Positions 59,205 to 64,000 of a stretch of 64,000 bases of DNA are shown here, piece after piece. The position numbers and the translations under genes were made by a program. The stretch's first letter is position 1. Each line of letters begins with the position of its first letter. Where the stretch lies: contig CAVZMH010000003.1 of assembly GCA_963776345.1 (NCBI GenBank), positions 64,001-128,000 on the forward strand, written 5' to 3'. Origin of the DNA: an uncultured delta proteobacterium. GTDB lineage: Bacteria; Myxococcota; Myxococcia; Myxococcales; Myxococcaceae. The notes under the pieces are model-generated. The model saw only the letters and a program-made list of their open reading frames with translations. It ran no database searches and was not told the DNA's origin.

Positions 59205-59241
59205 TCGATTCGATCGACTGCCTCCACTCCTCGCCATCCGT

Positions 59242-59868
59242 TCAGTGGTCGAAGAAGACCTCGGGCCCGCGGGCAACCCGGCGGACGAGCAGGCGCACCG
59301 CCCAGACGCCCAGCCAGCCCCCGATGACCAGCCCGAGCGTGGGGTCCACCCAGTGCCATCCGAACAGCGAGATGCACCCGGCGCCGACGAGGCCGGCCAA
59401 GGTCATCCCGCCGTCGGAGATCTCGTGGGCCAGGGCCGCCCGGAAGGAGAAGTGGGTGGTCGCGGGCTTGCGGAACAGCAGCGCCGAGCAGGTGTTCGCC
59501 CCGAGCCCCAGCAGCGAGACCAGCATCGCCGCGGGGTTGGGCGGCTCCTCCGGGGGGTGCAGCAGGTGGTCGGCGCTGATCCATGCCACCCATCCGGCGA
59601 TGGCCACGACCATCAGCAGCACGATGACCGCGCCCAGGTCCTCGCTCGCCCCGTGCAGGCGCCCCGGGGGAATCAGCAGGACCAGGAAGATGCCCAGGTG
59701 GGCCAGGAGGTGAACGGCGTCGGCGAGGAGGAACAGGCTCCCGCTCGCACCCGAGGAGGCGAGCTCCACGCCGCCCGCGAGCACGGTGATGACCGCCGCC
59801 AGCGCCACCCGCGAGGGGGGCACGTGCGAGAGGTGGTGGTGGTGCTCGTGGGGAGGGTGCGAACCCAA
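59242..59868 (-). CDS. Cation diffusion facilitator (CDF) metal exporter lacking the C-terminal domain
   Basis: His-rich N-terminus, SGSLFLLADAVHLLAH, RAALAHEISD, WVDP. Confidence 0.8.
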   Translation of the reverse strand: MGSHPPHEHHHHLSHVPPSRVALAAVITVLAGGVELASSGASGSLFLLADAVHLLAHLGIFLVLLIPPGRLHGASEDLGAVIVLLMVVAIAGWVAWISADHLLHPPEEPPNPAAMLVSLLGLGANTCSALLFRKPATTHFSFRAALAHEISDGGMTLAGLVGAGCISLFGWHWVDPTLGLVIGGWLGVWAVRLLVRRVARGPEVFFDH

Positions 59869-59914
59869 GCCGCGGAGCTATATGCCAGGCCCGCCCCGGA
59901 CGCTCGAAACTCGG

Positions 59915-61567
59915 TCACCGTCCCGAGGTCTCCGCGGCCAGCCGGCGGATCCGCGCCTCCGCCGGACGGAGGTCGAAGGGGATGCCGAAGACCTTCGCGA
60001 CCTCCTCGGGCTGTGGCTTGTTCCCCTCGGCGACCAGGGCCCTGATGAGCCGCCCGGCCTCGGGGCTGCCGTACCAGTCCGGGCCGAGCCTGCTGCGCAT
60101 CCCCTCGGACATGAGATGAGCGAGGGCGAACGCCCTCGCGTAGTCCACGGAGTAGAAGGTGTCGTCCACGTCGGTCCGGAAGCGGAGCGCGTCGCTCTCC
60201 TCCATCGGGACGGCGTAGGCGGTGGAGAAGACGTCCTGGTACACGGCCATCGGGTCGCCGGTGGGCCGGTCGTAGAGTCCCTTCCAGAGCGCGGGCGAGC
60301 CGCCGTGCAGCACCGACTCGTAGACCAGCTTCGCGTATGCGTACCGGCGCAGGTAGTAGAGCTGGTACAGAAGCTGGAGCCGCGAGAGATCGCGGATGTC
60401 CTGGTCGCTCATCAGCGGATTGGCCCGCCTGGCCTCCGCGTTGTGCACCTGGACGAAGCTCCGGTACCGCCGGAGCCACACCGGGTCCGCCCAGGCGTAC
60501 CGGAAGACCTCGCCGAGGCCCTCGGTGAAGACTCCGGGCCCGAGCTGCTGGAACTCCCAGACCTTGGTGGTGGTGTTGGCGAAGATCACCGCGTGGCCGC
60601 CCTCGTGGAAGAAGACCCCGAGGCTGTCGAGGCCGGGCAAGGGCTTCACGTTGATCCGCACGTCCGAGGGCACGTGGATGCCCCAGCACGCCGCGCGCGG
60701 CTCCTTCAGCGGATGGGTGGAGTCGTCCACCCGGACCTCGGTGCCGGCCACGGTCTTGAAATCGATGCCCATGCCGCCGAGGAACGCCCGGAAGGACGGC
60801 ACCGCGATGTCCGCCGGGAAGAAGCGCTCCAGCCGTGGCGCCTTGAACAGACGGCCGAAGTCGCTGCGGCGAAGCTGCGAGGCCGGAATGCCGAGCTCGC
60901 GCTGGGTCACCTCCTGGAGCAGCTCCCGGAAGAGGCCGTCGGTCGCGTCGAGGAAGCGCTTGCCCTCGACCATGAACGGGCGGAGCTGGACCCGCCGGCT
61001 CTCCTCCGAGAGCTCGACGTACGACCGGTAGCCCAGCTCGCGCGCCAGCCGCTGGGCGGTGGCCTCCTTCTCCGCCAGGATGGGGTTGAGCACCGTCCTC
61101 CAGATTTCGGCGCGGGCCTTCTCGATCTCCGCCCGCCGGCCGGCGTCCTGCTCGTCCGCCACCAGGAGGTCCAGCTGCTTGTAGGGGACCGGGTCCTTCA
61201 GCCACGGAAGGCGAACCGTCGCCTGCAGCGCGGCGTTCTGGGCCCGGTCGTCGAACCGCGAGGTGGCCTGCGAGAGGAACTCGCCGGCGAGGTAGGCCTG
61301 GAGGAACTCGCGCGCCCGTCTCTCGTCGGGGGAGCCGCCCGGCGCCCGTGCCGCCTTCCGCACGCGGGCGATCGACTCCCTGGAGAAGAGCCGGTCGTGC
61401 CCGAGGTAGGTCTCGGCCTGGATGCTCGTCTCGCCGACGGTGGCCGTGTACCACTGCAAGGTCTGCTGGATGCGGACCAGGGCCTCGGCCTCGGCCCGGA
61501 GGTTGGCGAGCGGGTCTGGTCCCGCGGCCAGGGTGAGGCCGGACACGGCCAGGAGCGGAGCGAGCAT
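59915..61567 (-). CDS. Exported gluzincin (M3/M2-like) metallopeptidase
   Basis: Signal-like N-terminus; KEPRA; FFHEGGHA (HExxH); downstream FTEG third ligand. Confidence 0.7.
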   Translation of the reverse strand: MLAPLLAVSGLTLAAGPDPLANLRAEAEALVRIQQTLQWYTATVGETSIQAETYLGHDRLFSRESIARVRKAARAPGGSPDERRAREFLQAYLAGEFLSQATSRFDDRAQNAALQATVRLPWLKDPVPYKQLDLLVADEQDAGRRAEIEKARAEIWRTVLNPILAEKEATAQRLARELGYRSYVELSEESRRVQLRPFMVEGKRFLDATDGLFRELLQEVTQRELGIPASQLRRSDFGRLFKAPRLERFFPADIAVPSFRAFLGGMGIDFKTVAGTEVRVDDSTHPLKEPRAACWGIHVPSDVRINVKPLPGLDSLGVFFHEGGHAVIFANTTTKVWEFQQLGPGVFTEGLGEVFRYAWADPVWLRRYRSFVQVHNAEARRANPLMSDQDIRDLSRLQLLYQLYYLRRYAYAKLVYESVLHGGSPALWKGLYDRPTGDPMAVYQDVFSTAYAVPMEESDALRFRTDVDDTFYSVDYARAFALAHLMSEGMRSRLGPDWYGSPEAGRLIRALVAEGNKPQPEEVAKVFGIPFDLRPAEARIRRLAAETSGR

Positions 61568-61696
61568 CGATCCAGGCTAGGCCGGCGCAAGATTTGCGGA
61601 GCGGTGTGTGCAGCCAGCGGGGCCTGCGGGGCGGTCCGATCGCGAGCACCGGTCGCATCGCCCGGGGAGTAAGCTCGTCCCCGCAGGAGGTGCTTG

Positions 61697-62092
61697 ATGT
61701 CCCGCATCGCGAAGGTCGGAGACCTCATGTCCACCGCGCTGATCGTCGTCCGCGACAGCGACACCATCGGCGTGGCCGACGCCCAGATGAAGCTCGGCGC
61801 CATCCGTCACATCCCGGTGGTGGACGCGAAGCAGAACCTGGTCGGGATCCTCTCGTCGCGAGACGTGCTCCTGGCGCTCGCCCGGGGCAAGAAGTCCGTC
61901 CGGGTGGGGGAGACGATGACCCGTGACCCGGTGACGGTGACGCCGGACACGCCGGTGCACGAGGCGATCGAGCTCCTCCTCGAGCACCGCTTCGGATCGC
62001 TCCCGGTGCTCGGGACCGACGGTCACCTGATGGGCATCGTGACCGACACCGACTTCCTCGTCGCGGCCCGCGAGGCCTTCACTCCGCAGTAG
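61697..62092 (+). CDS. CBS domain pair protein
   Basis: VGDLM..IRHIPVVD..LVGILS..; VGETMT..LPVL..LMGIVTDTD; AGGAGG RBS. Confidence 0.9.
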   Translation: MSRIAKVGDLMSTALIVVRDSDTIGVADAQMKLGAIRHIPVVDAKQNLVGILSSRDVLLALARGKKSVRVGETMTRDPVTVTPDTPVHEAIELLLEHRFGSLPVLGTDGHLMGIVTDTDFLVAAREAFTPQ

Positions 62093-63455
62093 ATCCCACC
62101 CCGTTCGCTCCGGCCGCTTCCCGCGCGTCCTCCGGCTCGACCTGGCGCGCCGTCTCGCCGGTCCGGTCGAGCGCGGTCTTGAACAGCACCGGCCCGATCA
62201 GCTCGTTCAGGGCCACCGTCGCCACGGCCATCGCCGCGAAGGCTGCCCCGAACGCCGGGAACTCTCCCTGGATCCGCGCGGCGATGCCGAGCGCCAGTCC
62301 GGCCTGCGACACCAGCCCGGACCAGCTCCAGCGCCGGAGCGCGGGCGGATCCTCGGCCAGCCGGCTCGCGAGCCGCCCTGCGCCCCATGTGCACCCGGCG
62401 CGCGCCACTGCCAGAGCCAGCGCAGCCGGCCAGAGCTGGGCGAGGAGCGGCAGGTTCAGGTGGGCGCCCGCGCTGGCGAAGAAGATGACGAAGACGATCT
62501 CTCCCAACCGGTCGATGGCGGCGAGGAAGCGCTCCCCCTGGGCCGAGAGGTTCTGCACCACGAATCCGGCGGTGATGAAGATGAGAAGCCAGTCGAACCG
62601 CAGGTAGTCCAGGACCTGGGTCATCACCAGGCCCAGGGCCACGAAGACCAGGACCAGCTCGCGCCCCACGAAGCGCAGGTAGGCCGCGAGCAGGAGCCCC
62701 AGCGTGGAGCCCAGCGCCACGCTCCCCAGCACGTCGTGCCCGAGCTCGCGGAAGGAGCGGAGCGAGAGCGGCGTCCCCGGCTCGATGAGCGGGCGGGCGA
62801 CGGTGAAGACGATGGCCAGGAGAACCACCACCACCACCTCGGAGGTCATGACGAACCCCAGGGTGAAGGTCGCGAGCGGGCCTTTCGCTCGGGTCTGGGA
62901 GAGCACGCCCAGCGTCGCGGCCGCGCTCCGGGTGAGGGCCATCACGCCCCAGAGCAAGGAGACGCCGAGCACCCCGGTGAGCGGGAGCGCGGCGGCGAAG
63001 GGGAGGAGGGGACGGAGGGCGAGGAAGGCCCCGGCCATCAGGAGGAGGACCAGGACGTTCTGGACCAGCGTGGCCCAGAGCAGGGAACGGGCCACCAGGC
63101 GTAGCATCGCCACCCGCAGCTTTGCGCCGCCAGCCAGGGCGATGAGCGAGAGGGCGAGGGCGTTGATCGGCGAGAGGTCCTGGACCGCCTGGTGGTCCAC
63201 CAGGTGCAGCGCGTGCGGCCCGGCCGCCATCCCGGTGACCAGGTAAGCCGTCAGGTGCGGCACGCCGAGCGGCTCGAGGACGTTCGCCACCACCGTCCCC
63301 GCGAGGAGCAGGAATCCGAGCGCGGCCAGCGCGTGGCTCCTGCCGCCCTCGCGTGTCGCGTGCGAGGCGAGGAGCATCAACCCCACCAGCACGCCGAGCA
63401 GGAGCAGCTCCACCCAGTGGTTCGCCGAACGGCGGTGCTCACCGGTGGTGCTCAC
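62079..63455 (-). CDS. Cation:proton antiporter (CPA-like)
   Basis: Many TMs; PHLTAYLVTG..GP, IFFASAGA, LVSQAGLALG, NELIGP. Confidence 0.8.
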   Translation of the reverse strand: MSTTGEHRRSANHWVELLLLGVLVGLMLLASHATREGGRSHALAALGFLLLAGTVVANVLEPLGVPHLTAYLVTGMAAGPHALHLVDHQAVQDLSPINALALSLIALAGGAKLRVAMLRLVARSLLWATLVQNVLVLLLMAGAFLALRPLLPFAAALPLTGVLGVSLLWGVMALTRSAAATLGVLSQTRAKGPLATFTLGFVMTSEVVVVVLLAIVFTVARPLIEPGTPLSLRSFRELGHDVLGSVALGSTLGLLLAAYLRFVGRELVLVFVALGLVMTQVLDYLRFDWLLIFITAGFVVQNLSAQGERFLAAIDRLGEIVFVIFFASAGAHLNLPLLAQLWPAALALAVARAGCTWGAGRLASRLAEDPPALRRWSWSGLVSQAGLALGIAARIQGEFPAFGAAFAAMAVATVALNELIGPVLFKTALDRTGETARQVEPEDAREAAGANGVGSTAE

Positions 63456-64000
63456 GCGGCGACCTCCACCGCGGGTTGCGATCCGGTCTGGGCGGTGGCC
63501 TCGCCGGCCCGACGCAGCGCCGACTTGAGGCCCAGGGGGGCGACCAGCTCGCCGAGGAGCGCGGCCGCCGCGGCCGAGACCAGCACCGTCTCGCCGACCC
63601 GGCCCGGAAAGCGAAGGGCGAAGGCCAGGCCGATGCTCATGCTGGTCGGGCCGCACGCCATCAGCCCGGGAATGAGGGGTGGTCCGGCGCGCCGCAGCGG
63701 AGGACAGACCAGAGCGGCGCAGGCCGCCACCACTCCCTTGGCCAGCAGCCGCGCACCGAGCACGGTGGGGATGAGCCAGGTGAGAAAGGGAACCTCGCTG
63801 ACGTCGATGCGCGCGCCGGCGAGCAGCAGCGCGGGGAGCCGCAGCGGGAACTCGGCCGGGAGCACCAGCGCGCGGATGGCCTGGCGGTGGCGGGACACGG
63901 CGCTCAGCCCCAGACCCATGCAGAACCCGACGGTGAGGACGGCCAGGTCCGCCCGGACCGCCAGGCCGATGGCAACCATCGAGGTGCCGAAGAGGAGGCC
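63452..64000 (-). CDS. Second CPA-like membrane protein, C-terminal part; begins beyond the window
   Basis: Hydrophobic; LLLAGA, RLLAK, GELVAP; 4-bp overlap with the downstream antiporter. Confidence 0.6.
   Translation of the reverse strand, partial: GLLFGTSMVAIGLAVRADLAVLTVGFCMGLGLSAVSRHRQAIRALVLPAEFPLRLPALLLAGARIDVSEVPFLTWLIPTVLGARLLAKGVVAACAALVCPPLRRAGPPLIPGLMACGPTSMSIGLAFALRFPGRVGETVLVSAAAAALLGELVAPLGLKSALRRAGEATAQTGSQPAVEVAA

Noticed and set aside
49395..64000. Integrative island at tRNA-Leu
   Set aside because: No integrase and no duplicated tRNA 3' end noticed in the window; composition resembles the flanks
1..64000. CRISPR array, cas genes, rRNA, prophage
   Set aside because: No repeat-spacer structure or recognisable genes found; the caspase has no CRISPR context here

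Overview
Very GC-rich chromosomal segment from a myxobacterium (Myxococcota), judged by the Glt gliding cluster and a TIGR04552-like gene. In order: end of an acyl-CoA dehydrogenase; a five-gene translationally coupled operon (beta-propeller lipoprotein, lipoprotein, ECF sigma, zinc-binding anti-sigma, exported caspase-like protease); a GldA/F/G-like ABC cluster; aspartokinase; a SpoIID-like, DnaC-like and DnaD-like set; the adventurous-gliding cluster gltD-E-F-G-H, split from gltI-J by about 9 kb of unrelated genes; a RelA/SpoT-synthetase-like gene; ffh; tRNA-Leu(TAA); a respiratory region; then MarR, a CDF exporter, a peptidase, a CBS protein and two antiporters. The best candidate for a novel system is the respiratory region: a Cyc2/Cyt572-like outer-membrane cytochrome-porin heading an operon with two diheme cytochromes c and an A-family heme-copper oxidase that appears to lack the K-channel, preceded by a putative blue-copper protein and a SCO-like protein. 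The layout recalls the rus operon and suggests extracellular electron uptake or Fe(II) oxidation (inference only). Many small indels between about 10 and 33.6 kb look like assembly errors. All family calls come from motif recognition by eye, with no database searches.
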